Source: Vicugna vicugna
Lineage: Eukaryota
DNA: 64,000 nt
Direction of reading: 5' to 3'
Assembly: GCA_013265495.1 (NCBI GenBank)
Contig: MU058791.1
Location: 498,001-562,000 of the forward strand
How positions within the stretch are numbered: the first letter of the stretch is position 1; each line of letters opens with the position of its first letter. The notes beneath the pieces were generated by a model that was not told the DNA's origin, searched no databases, and saw only the letters and a list, made by a program, of their open reading frames with translations. Shown here in pieces: positions 23,813-35,050 of this stretch. A program made the translations under genes and the position numbers.

Positions 23813-26300
23813 ATCCCTTCACTTTTAGGTTTTTGGGTTCTTAAAGCCAAAGTCAGTCTCTTACAGGCAGAAATAGATGAGTCTTGGTTCGGCTACTCTG
23901 TATCTTTTGGTGAGATAATTTAGTTCATTAACATTTCACATAATTATTAATAAACATGGACTTACTGACAATAATTTTGTTAATTGTTTTTTGGCTGTTT
24001 TGTAATTTCTCTGTTCTCTTCTAGTTATCTTCATTTGAAGATTTTTCTGAGTGGTATGCTTAGATTCCTTTATCTTTTGTGTGTCTTCTGTGGGGTTTTG
24101 TTTTGTGGTTACCATAAGGCTTACAGAAGACATCGAAGAGTTATAACAATCTATTTTAAACTGATAACAAGTTAAAAGGCATTCTAAAACTCAACATTTT
24201 TACTCTTCTCTCCCACCACATTTTATGTTTTTGATGTCACATTTGCATCTTTTTACCTTGAGTTACCATTAACAAACGTTTATAGTTATATTTTTCCTGT
24301 TTGGCCTTTTCACCTTCATATTGCCTTTGTAAGTGATTAACCCAGCACCATTGCAGCATTAGATTATTCCAAATTTAATTGTATATTTACCTTTATCGGG
24401 AAGATTTATACTTTCATATGTTCCCTCTTACTGATTAGTGCCCTTTTGTTTCAGTTTAAATAAGTCTTTTTAACATTTCTTGTAGGGTCAGTATATTGGT
24501 GCTGAACTCCTTCAGTTTTTGTTTGTCTGGAAAACTCTCCTTCAGTTCTGAAAAGGGCAACTTCAGTGCGACTACTTTTTATATGATTTGGTTTCCTGCA
24601 ACTTTACTGAATTTGTTTCTTAGCTCTAACAGCTGCTTCTGGTGGAGTCATTAGGGGTTTTTATATGTAATATGTTCTTCAATTCTGTAGGACAACCTTG
24701 CTGGACAGATGATTCTTGGCTGGTAGATTTGTTTTTTCTTCTTTCAGGAGTTTGAATACACATCCCAGCCCCCCCTGGCCTGCACAGTTTCTGCTCAGAA
24801 AGTCAGCTGATAGTTTTATGGGGGTTCCCTTATATGTAAGACATTGTTTTCTCTTGCTGTTTCTAAGATTCTCTCCTTATCTTTACCTTTTGACAGTTAA
24901 ATTATAACGTGCCTCAGTGTGAGTCTCTTTGTACTCATCCTTTTTGAAAACCCGGGCTTCCTGGATCTGGATGTCTGTTTTAACTTGTCAGGGTCCCAGA
25001 GGGGAGAATCATAGTCAGCACTGACACGCAGGCTGGTTGCAAGCTGGACCCTGAGGCAGCAGCTGGGAATGTCTGTAGAGAGGGAGAAAGGGGAGGTGGG
25101 CATTTTCGCCTGTTCCCTCTGCACTGGGTCCAGGAGTATAGCTGTGTGGCGGGGAACAGAGGTGTGCTCCTGAGCCTGGTAAGAACTTTGTTTGCTACAG
25201 GAACGCAAATCCTCTTTGCTATCAGAACCAAGCGATTTGGGTGCCTGTCCCTTGGGTGGCAGCCGTAAAAGCTGGGGCTCAGACATGCGTACGCGGGAGG
25301 TAGCTCCAGGGAGATAACTAGCACACTGGAGGCAGGCCAGGGGGAGAGGGGAGGAGACGTGTCTGCTGGCCTCCCTGGTCTTCAGGGAGGATCACAGGCA
25401 GCCTCTAGGTGCGTGGTACGTCAGGAGGCTGACCCTCAGCAAGAAGATTTTGAAGTGTGCAAATCAAATCTTTCCATGTAAAGACTGGGAGATGGACATT
25501 CGTGTCTGCTCCTTCTGTGCTGACCCCTGGGGGAACAGCCAGTTTAAAATGGCTTCTGTCTTCTGTAATCCCGTGGGACTTCTGAATGGATGCTATGGTG
25601 GCTATCAGAACCAGGTGACCTGGGGACTCATCCCCTACCCTCAGCCACAAAGGCTGGGGTGCAGACGTGCGTACAGGTTCCTTTCAGGGAGATGCTGGCA
25701 ACCTGGAGCAGGCTAGAGGGAGTGTAGGGGTGGTGTCCGCTGGCTTCCCGGGCTTTGGGGAGGAGCGCAGTCAGCCCCCAGGTGTGTGCCCAGTTAGAAG
25801 CTTGACCCTCAGGCAACAGCTTTGTAAGTACCCAGATAGACGCCATTCAGGGAAGGACGGGGAGGTGGGTGGTTTTCTCTTGTTCCCTCTGCACTGACCC
25901 TGGAAGTGAATCCTTGTGCCCATCAATAACTGCTTCTTTGTCTGCTCTTGTCTAGTGCATCTGGTCGACTCCACCTCTACTGGCTTCCAAAGCTAGGTGT
26001 GTGGAGGCCCACCTCTCGGGTGGGAGTCTTAAAATCTGGGGCTGTAGATGTGGGGTCCAAACCCTTCACCCCTCAAGGAGAAGCTGGCCTTTGGGGACTC
26101 CCTCCCAACTGTCTGGCTCTGTGCCGTGGCCGGGGTCTATGGCAAGAGCCTGTCTCAGCCTTTCCTACTCATTTCGATGTACTTCTTCTCTTGGTCCCCC
26201 ACTGAGTGCTCAGTCAGTGTCTGTCTCCCATGGGGACTTGCTCTGTGGGTAGCTGTTCATCAGGTGTGTCCATCGGAGGAGGGGAGTCCAGGAGCCTTCT
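23813..26300 (-). mobile_element. Ancient L1 5' UTR/ORF1-region remnant with ~380 bp 5' UTR monomers
   Basis: Antisense ORF1-region motifs (tgtttgtctggaaaact, tcagctgatagttttatgggggttccc); periodic motifs at 25047/25431/25804. Confidence 0.65.
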
Positions 26301-26329
26301 TTAAAGATGGCCTCAATACTTTTTAAACT

Positions 26330-27295
26330 ATGTTTTTTTTTTTTCCTGGGATGGGTAAATCTGAGCATAGTTGGAGGATAAGGGCAGGATACCCCACAAA
26401 GAAAAGGCACTAAGTCCAAACTCATTCTGCTCCCTGTACAACAGGCCAATAAATTAAAAACAAACAAAAAACCAGGGGAGGGGGTGTGGTTCATTCTTGC
26501 AAACTTCTTGCTGAAAGAATTCTTTGTTCTTCCAGCAGTCCACATGGCCCAGGCCAGGGTGTTCCTGTAAACCTCCAACAAAACAAAGGTTATTCTCTAT
26601 TTTGCAACTTGCCATCTCTACCTAAGGGCAGAAGTGCGAACATTCTTCTTAAAGGCCAGAGCCGAGACTAGGCTCTCCTGTTTACTTCAGGCTAAAGGCA
26701 ACACTGTTTCACAAAAGGTGCAGAGCTGGCAAGACTAAGCCTAGAAAGCAGGGCACAGGGTTAAAATGAAAGGAACAGATCCCCTACGCAGGCAGGTTCT
26801 CTGTTACAACAGAAGAGGGAACACGGGTGGAGCCAGGGACTGAGAGCAGCAGTATGAACTCGAGAACAGGGGAAGGGTTTGACACGGGTGTGGGCCAGAG
26901 GGGTGTGCCTTCCTCTGAGCTGGGAGGGAGGTGAGAAGGGGGCAAGGATCTCACAGCCATCAAGCTACTAGCCACTGCAGCCACCCCCAACTGTGCACCC
27001 TGAGAGAATGAGCCCAGGCTCTTGCATCTTCCCATCTGCAGAAAAGCACTCAATTCATTAACTTGAGATGTCTGTGTTTCCCATAATTAAGAGTAATCTT
27101 CTGATGTTCTGGCTACTTGCTTTTTTCTTTGTTTTTTTTGCAAAACCTCCCATATATCCTGGCTCTTCCCTTAACCTCTTCAGAACAGTTCCTTGGAGCT
27201 GAGAGGCTGCCTCCTGGGCTTACAGTCCTCAGTTTATTTGCCGAAAAAAACCCCTAATTCTCAACTTTTAGGCTGTGCATTTTTTATGTTGACAC
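26330..27295. mobile_element. Two adjacent ERV-type LTR remnants (minus ~26330-26808; plus ~26810-27295)
   Basis: tgttaca at 26802-26808 resembles the end of the LTR at 1-233; the right part ends ...tttttatgttgaca. Confidence 0.45.
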
Positions 27296-28739
27296 TAGGA
27301 AGGTGAGGAAACGCATTTCTGATGCACTGTATTTTCTTGGTTAATTTGAAGGAACAACTAACTACTGAATGTGAAAAAAAAGGTGGTTTGGAAACAAAAT
27401 GGAAAAGAGCTGGAATGTTGTACTGGAGATTGGAAAAGTGACAAGAAAATGATATGGAATCTCACCACTCATTTGTGACATTGCATTGGACCTTTCTGGT
27501 GAGAATTTATAATCAAAGTTATGATTGAGGGTCATACCCATGGAGTGTTTGCAGGGTGTTAGGCATCATGGTAAACCGCTATACGAGTAAGTTCAATCCT
27601 CCTAACAGCCTTTACCTTAGGATTATTTCCCCCATTCTACAGATGAGCGTGCGCAAAGAAAAAGGAAGGTGGTGTTGGATTTTTGGCTGGCTACCAGCGC
27701 TAGTTGGGTACAACAGACAGTTTAATCTCTTGAAGCCCCAGATTCCTCTTAAAAGAATGATGATCAGAATCATTACTTGATAAAATTATTAGGAATATTA
27801 AATGGGATTGTATGTGTGCAAGAGCCTAATAATACATGCCGGGTACTTGGTTTTTAAAAAAACCATCACAGAATGTGGTTCATTGCTGAGCCAACAACTG
27901 ATGGATAGTCATGATTTGAGTTTGCGTTCTCTCGCCCCAAAGGAGGATGAGGACTTGCACCGCAGAGATGGGGATCCCTGTTAATTTCTGCTGCCAGGCA
28001 GGTGCCAAAATTGTGTGATGTAGCCTGGCTTTTAAAAAAAAAGGTGCGTGGGGGGGCGCAGTTAGTAGCAGAGCAGCAATAGTGCTGTTAGTAGCAACAG
28101 CAGGAGAAACAGTAGCCCGGACCACAGCCATGTGTCTGACATTCAGAGACATGAAGCCCAGAAACCTCATCCCCACCTGAGGTGTGGCCCTCAGGCTGCC
28201 AGCTTGTGCCTCCTGGGGACCACAGTTTAAAGATGCTTGGGTCTATCGGCCTCTTGCTCATTATGTGACTCTGGAAAAGTCAGTGAGCCCCCTCGAGCCA
28301 CCAAGTGGAAATAAGCCACGGCCCACAGCTCACAGATGGCACTTATATCGGCTACAGTGTGTCAGGTTCCGAGTAAGTCCTGAGTTCTTCTTGCAGAAAC
28401 AATTCCGAGTACAATGAACAGGTGGCGAGGGCGATGGTGAGATAACAGCCCAGCAGACAGCAGGGATGGGGGAGTCCCCTTTGGTGAATATCCGAGTGTA
28501 CGTTTGAAGACGATTAATGAAGCTGTGTGTCCCCTGGGAGATGAAGCCTGGCTAACACTGCTTTTCTGCAGGTATGTTGAGAGATGGGAACTCTGGGAGA
28601 GACAGGGTCAGACTCATCCCAATGGGGAAGGCACAGGCGGCTTGAGTGTAGTCTCCTGGGTGCCCCTGGCCAGGTGTAACTAACTCACAGATGTGTCCCC
28701 AGAGGACACAGAGCTGGAAAGCCTGCCCTCTTCCTGCTG

Positions 28740-28794
28740 CAAAAGAAACACACGAGGTTTTATGGTTGTGGCTGAAATATTGCTCATGTTTATT
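28740..28794 (-). terminator. Polyadenylation signal of CCDC3 (AATAAA plus downstream GU-rich element)
   Basis: tttatt at 28789-28794 is AATAAA on minus. The minus strand continues ...CAGCCACAACCATAAAACCTCGTGTGTTTCTTTTG, giving CA cleavage candidates and a GU/U-rich downstream element. Confidence 0.7.
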
Positions 28795-29855
28795 GAAAAG
28801 GCAAAATGTGGTGCATCTGTAGAGATCCCGCTCCCCCAGCTCTCCAAGCATGGGCTGCAAATCACCCTTAGGTCTGTCCTTCCCTTGGGTGACAGCAAAA
28901 CTGCTAGAATGAAAATGTCCCAGACAAGAAACAGGAAAACGCACCCTCTATGGCACCACACTGTGAAGAATAAAGTGCTGGTGGAGTGCGGCCATGAGGA
29001 GCCTCTGAGCAGAAGTCCCCATGCTGTGCAGTCCGGGGTGCAAATGTCTCCCCGAGGCAGCAGCCTGCCACCAAAACTCAGGGACAGGCTGCTCAGGCCC
29101 CAGATGAGCTGCTAGAGCAAAAAGGATGTGGGTTTTCAAAAGGCAGTGGATGGAAATCTGACACTAATGCCATTTCCAACAGAGAGGACGGTGTGACGGG
29201 GCCCCGTAGTTTTGGAGGTGGTGGGGTGCCTCTGGGCAGCATCCCCTGTGGAATTTATAGTGTTGAGATATCTGAGATGCTGTTCAGGCTTTTCCCACCT
29301 GGGAACGTGGTTCGATGAAACATGACTAGGCCCATAAAGGCACATCTCCTTTAGATTAAAGTGAGCCTTAGGAATCCACACTCTGGGTAGCTGGTGTGGG
29401 AAATCAGGTGTGACTCTTGTTTAATTTCCTGCCACCCCACTCCCTGACCTGTGATGAACTCAGTAAGTCTTAACGGCCTTAGAAGGTTCCACGACCTAGC
29501 TTGAGACCACTCCTGCACACTGATGGTTGTTCGGCTGCGCACAGCTGGGACCACACTGCGGCTCTTCTAAGACAAAGGCAGAACCCCTTGAGTTCTTGGG
29601 CCACTAGAGAGTCTAAAATGTCCTTTCCCTATTAAGTGCACTTGGCAAGGCTCCTCCTGGAAGCCAGGGGCAGGCCCCAGGCAAGCACGTGGCACTGGGG
29701 GTACTGGAGCACTGGGTGGAGGACCAGGCTGGGGAGAGCGAGCAAGACTTGCCCTGGAGCCAACTAGAGTCTACCAACTGCAGAATAAAATACTCTGTGC
29801 TCAGCCACGCCCGCCCTCCGTTTCTGCTCGCTGGCTGCGCGAGGCTGGCGCCCAG
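28770..29855 (-). other. CCDC3: CCDC3 3' UTR (about 1.1 kb; cleavage site approximate)
   Basis: Lies between the stop codon and a strong minus-strand poly(A) signal; largely free of recognisable repeats. Confidence 0.7.
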
Positions 29856-30150
29856 CTAGCCCCGCAGGTAGGGGGCCCCCGCGGGCTCCCGCCCCAGGGC
29901 GTTGATGTGTGGAAGCGCGCCCGCTGCGGCCACCAGCTTCTCGCTGAGCTTGTGGTTGAGCAGCTCCAGGTGGCGGCCGTTCTTCCGCGCCTGCCGCAGG
30001 GACCGCTTCACCTTCTTCACCCGCTCCCGCAGCTGCCTGTTCCGCTTCTCCAGGGTGGCCACCTTCTGCTGCAGCTTCTTGACGCGGTCCTCCTCCTCAA
30101 ACAGGGCCTTCTGCACCGAGGAGCACATGAGCTGGGGCAGGAAAGGCCGG
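29800..30150. promoter_or_regulatory. CpG-rich island-like patch over the CCDC3 terminal exon
   Basis: Very high GC and many CpGs (gcgcgc, cccgcg, gccgc) against CpG-poor flanks; judged by eye. Confidence 0.55.
29856..30131 (-). CDS. CCDC3: Terminal coding exon of CCDC3 (coiled-coil domain-containing 3 / favine), 91 aa + stop, phase 0
   Basis: Translation LMCSSVQKALFEEEDRVKKLQQKVATLEKRNRQLRERVKKVKRSLRQARK...LPHINALGREPAGAPYLRG* matches the recalled CCDC3 C-terminal coiled coil. A polypyrimidine tract and AG acceptor (minus: ...cctttcctgccccag|CTCATG, AG at 30132-30133) precede it. TAG stop at 29856-29858. Strong GC3 codon bias. Confidence 0.95.
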   Translation of the reverse strand, partial: LMCSSVQKALFEEEDRVKKLQQKVATLEKRNRQLRERVKKVKRSLRQARKNGRHLELLNHKLSEKLVAAAGALPHINALGREPAGAPYLRG

Positions 30151-31999
30151 GAGAGGAAGGTGAGTTGCAGAAAACCTCCCGAGGAATGCTCCCCAGTGGC
30201 CCCCACCCCAGGGCAAGGACGGCCTCATTCCCCCTTCTTGCTGTCACCCTGTGAACCCCCAAGTGAACCCAGACAGGGAGCCCCTCTTTCGCTTTCTGTA
30301 TTGGGTGCCCTAGGTAAGTTTATTTTGAAAGACACGCCGTGGCCCGTCTTTTCCCTCGCTTACCAGTTCGCACTGCAGGGAGGCCTTGCGGGGGCATGTG
30401 ACTCTCCACATTTTCCTCCTGTTCAGCAGTTCTGACCGTTAAATTCTAATCTGGGTCTAAAACACTTTCCAGGAAAGCCATACCTTGAGGATCACCTTGT
30501 TGGAAGGGAGTACTGGGTCTACAGAAGGCCTTCGGCGTATTTCCATCTGAAGGGCTTTGCCTGTATGGAGGCGCACGTCCCCGCGTTCTGGAAACCTTTC
30601 CAGTCATCGCGGGATGGGCTGAAAGTGTCTCTTTGGAAAACTGAATTTTGGTTTCTTAGCTAAGCCACCCTGGTTTCTTATAGGAAAAGAGAAGATATTC
30701 TAAATATTTGTCATTCCTACAAGGAGGACAGTGCTCCAATGATCCAGTAAGTAAAAAACACAAAATCCAGAGCAGGAAGATGTGCAAAAAATATGGACAG
30801 TCCACAGGAAAGGGAAAATAATCTCTCCCAAATGTGGGAAATGCTTAGTCCTACCCTTAAGATGAATGCAAAGTAGATCCACAATGAATTGCTTTCTTCC
30901 ACAAAATCCAATTTTGATTTTACTCTTTGGTAAAATCAGAGTCAGGATTTGGGGAAGTGGGCATGCTCATGTACTGTGGGTAGAGTGTAAACTTGTCTAA
31001 AGAGCAGTTTGTATCAAAATGAAGACAGCATGTATCCTTTTATCTGGTCTTTCTGGGACTTCATCTGATATAAATACACATGTGGGAGTATTTATTTTAT
31101 AGATACATATATAAAAATATATACATAAATAACAAACACTGCTGTTACAAGAAGGCTAAGGAATGACATCAGCATTAGGACCATGTAAGACATCCCTCAT
31201 TCCACCCCCTCAAAAAAAAATTGGCATCTATCCATGAAGAAAAATGACTGAGAGAACTGTGGGGTCCACCAAGGGAGGAGTCTTGACCCCACCACCACGT
31301 ATCCATGACGTCCTTGCTGGGGACCCTGCAGTTGTCCGTGAGCTGCCTCCAGACCCTCTCAGGCAAAGGACCTCAACAGATATTTCTCCAAAGGCGATAA
31401 ACAAATGGCCAACAGGTAGAGGAAAGGTGCTGCAGATCACTGTGACATCACATATGTCCGGTCTAATTATAGTTATCCACCTGTGACTAAGAAAAAGATG
31501 GCGTTTTAGTGTAACACTGCTTGGGTAATGTATGCTTTAGGCTCTGGGATACACTGGCCTCAAAATGGGTTGTTAAATTACTCCACCATTCTCCACTTGG
31601 AACTGTTTTGCCAGAGAAGTGGGAAATGGGAAGAAATACCATTTATACAAGCCTTTTTGAAAGCCCATAATGAGGAGGGCAGTAAATCAGATTGATGGTT
31701 CAAAGGAAAGTAGAGAAAGAATATAAAAATGAACAGAGAAAGTACAAGACAAGTGAGGGAAGAAAGAAAAAAAAGGAAGGACAAGCACCTTCCAATGTCA
31801 CGGTCGCCCAAGGAACCACAGACGAGGAAGGCACTGGCTGACGGGGCCCAGGGCTCTCGGCCGTGTGAAAGGCCCGTAACAATTGCCACCCAAGAGCCTC
31901 GGGTACAACTGCCAGGGGTGTCTCAACTAGTGCACTTTCTGGGGGGATACTGGCAGAAACTTCTGTTCCAGTACCAATGACGCAACTGCTGTTACAGCC

Positions 32000-34728
32000 T
32001 CTGGAATGCAAATTTTGAGAAAGGCAATAAGTAATTTGGAAACAAATAGTAATCTTAAATATCTTCCATACAAGTTAGTAAAAATGTTTAGCTCCCTAGA
32101 CAGGCAACTAATTAATAACAGGAAAATATATGGAAGTATGACTCTCACTGGTAAATATATATAGTAAAATTCAGAATAATCTAAGGTCATAAAGGCAGTG
32201 GATCAATCACATAAAAAGCCTGTATGAAGGTTAAAAAGTAAAAGTAAAAATAACTATCACTATGTATAGCTTGTTAATGAATACACAAGATAAAAAGATG
32301 TATATTGTGACATCAAAAACATTGGGAAGTAAGTTTTCAACTTAAAATGGGCTGTTATAAGTTGTTTTGTATAAACGTCCTGGTAATTACAAAGCAAAAA
32401 CCCAATATACAAAATATGAAGAGAAATGATTCTAAGCAGACTGCTACAGAGGATAACCAAACAGCAAAGCACACGAGAAGGAAAAAGGAATTACAAACCA
32501 ACCAGAAAGAAATTTAAATGGCAGTAAGGAAAACTATAAAGAATTATGTTCAATGTAAATGGACTAAAATCTCCAGACAAAAGACTATATAGAATAGTTG
32601 AATGAATATAAAACATGAGCCATCTATATATCTGGAGGGAACTCTAGTTTGAAAAGACACCTGCACCCCAATGTTCACAGCAGCACCATATTCAATAGCC
32701 AAGACATGGAACCAACCTAATGCCCATCGACAGATGCATGGATAAAGAACTTGTGGTATATTTATACAATGGAATACTACTCAGCCATAAAAAATAAAAT
32801 AGTGCCACTTGCAGCAACATGGATGGACTGAGAGATTATCATACTAAGGGAAATAAGTCAGACAGAGAAAGACAAATACATTAAATCACCCATATGTGGA
32901 CTCCAAAAAAAGACAAAGACACTGACTCATCTACAACACAGAAGCAGACTTGCAAACATAGTAAATCTTACAGTTACTGGTGGGGAAAAGGGGAGGAAAA
33001 GGATAAATTTGGGAGTTTGAGATTTGCAAATATTAACTACTATATATGAAAATAGATTTTTAGATATAAGACACTATGTTCAGTATCTTGTGGTAACCTT
33101 TAATAAAAAGAATATAAAAATGAATATATGTCTGTGTATGCATGACTGGGACACTGTGCTGCGCACCAGAAATTGACAAATTGTAATGGACTGTACTTCA
33201 GTTTTAAAAATGAAATAAAAAATCCATGGCCCATCTATATTCTGCCTGAAAGAGACTCACTTCAGTTCCTAGGACACACAGAGACTGAAAGTAAAGGGAT
33301 GGGAAAAGATATTCCATACAAATGGAAACCACAAGCAAGCTGGGGTAACTGTATTTCTATTTTAAGAAAAACTATAACAAATGTAATGATAAAGGAATCA
33401 GTTCATGAGGATATAGCATTTATAAATATTTATGCACCTAACATAGAAGCCTCTAAATATTTAAGCAAGTATTAACAGACCTAAACAGAGAAGTAGACTG
33501 CAATACCATAATAGTAGGAGGCTTCAGTACCCCCCCAACAGCGGCTAGGTCGTAAAGAAACATGGGGTTTAAACTACATGTTAGATCAGACAGACTTAAT
33601 ATTTTTACAGAACATTCCATCCAAAAGCAAGAGAATAGAGATTCTTCTCAAAGGCACAGGAAACATTCTTCAGGACAGATGATATGTTTGGTCACAAAAC
33701 AAGTCTTAATAAATTAGGAGATGGAAATCTTATCAAGCGGCTTTTCTGACCATAATGGTGTACACCTAGAAGCCAATTACAAAGGAGAACTGGAAAATCC
33801 ACAAATATGTGAAGATGAAGCATGAACCTGAACAACCAAGCAGTCAAAAGAGAAATAAAAAATAAAACTGTAATTTACGGGATGCAATAAAATCAGCTGT
33901 AAGAGGGAAGTACGTAGTGATAAATGCTTACATGATGAAACAAGAAAAGAGCTCAAATAACGACCTTATACCTCAAGGAAATAGAAAAAGAAAAAATGAA
34001 AAAATGAAGCCCAAAGTCAATAGAAGGAAGGAAATAACAAAGATCAGAGCAGAATAAATGAAATAGAGACTTAAAAAAAAAAACAGAAAAAGATCAGTGG
34101 AACTAAAAGCTGGTTTTCTGGGGAAAAAAAAAAGTAAATCTTTAGCTAGATTCAGCAAGAAAAAAAAGAGACAAAATGAGAAATGAAAGGAGATGGATAC
34201 ATTCCTAAAAACATACAACCTACACACACTAAATCATAAAATAAAACAGAAAATCTGAACAGACCAATTACTAGTAAAGAGATTGGATGAGTAATCCAGA
34301 ACTTCCCCTGAAACAGAAGTCCTGGACCAGATGGCTTCAGTGGTGAATTCTACTAAACATTTAAAAGAAAAATTAATACCAGTCCATCTCAAATTCTTCC
34401 AAAAAACAGAAGAGAGAACACTCCAAAAATCATTTTACAAGGCCAGCATTACCTTGATACCAAAACCAGACAAGGACACCACAGAAAAAAAAAAATCACA
34501 GGCCAATATCCCTGATGAACACAGATGCAAAGATCCTCCACAGAATGCTAGCAAACTATTTTCAAATAGGATCATACACCATGTTCCAGGGGGGATTTAT
34601 TCCAGGGACACAAAGATGGCAAGTCAGTTAATGTGACACACCACATTCACAAAATGAAGGGTAAAAATCATATCAACGGATGTAGAAAAAGCATTTGAAA
34701 AATTTAGCATCCTTTTATGTTAAAAGCT
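32000..34728 (+). mobile_element. Decayed L1 (ORF1 end/inter-ORF, ORF2 endonuclease into RT start)
   Basis: ORF-track remnants INIYAPNIEASKY and [17 protein letters not shown]; aatgtaaatggactaaa. Confidence 0.85.
32630..33222 (+). mobile_element. Younger L1 3' fragment nested in the older L1
   Basis: gacacctgcaccccaatgttcacagcagc...A-rich end. Imperfect TSD catgagccatctatat (32614-32629) / catggcccatctatat (33225-33240). Confidence 0.8.
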
Positions 34729-34729
34729 T

Positions 34730-35050
34730 GGGTGGAGGATTACGTCTTGATGACAGAGCCCTCACTAATGGGATTAACATCCTTATAAAGACATTTTATA
34801 GAGAGTGTTGCCCCTTCTGCCATGTGAAGATACAACCAAGAAAAAAAAAAACCGTGACCTAGAGGAGGGCCCTCACCCGTCACGCCAGCTCCCTGACTTT
34901 GGGCTTCCCGCCTCTAGAACTGAGGAAAAAACCTTTACAATAAAATATTAAATATTAAATAATAAATAATAAGTAATAAAATAAAAATTCTGTTATAAGT
35001 CACCCAGTCTGTGGAATTTTGCTATGGCAGCTGGAACAGACTAAGATCCC
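34730..35050 (+). mobile_element. MLT1A-like LTR
   Basis: gagccctcactaatgggatta...ccttctgccatgtgaagataca...gcctctagaactg...ataagtcacccagtctgtgg...gactaaga. Confidence 0.8.

Noticed and set aside
30132..30206. N-terminal extension MGATGEHSS... of the ORF-track CCDC3 frame
   Set aside because: Intronic read-through upstream of the splice acceptor; non-ATG start.
29902..30435. 177 aa and 115 aa plus-strand ORFs over the CCDC3 exon
   Set aside because: Antisense shadows of a GC3-rich coding exon.
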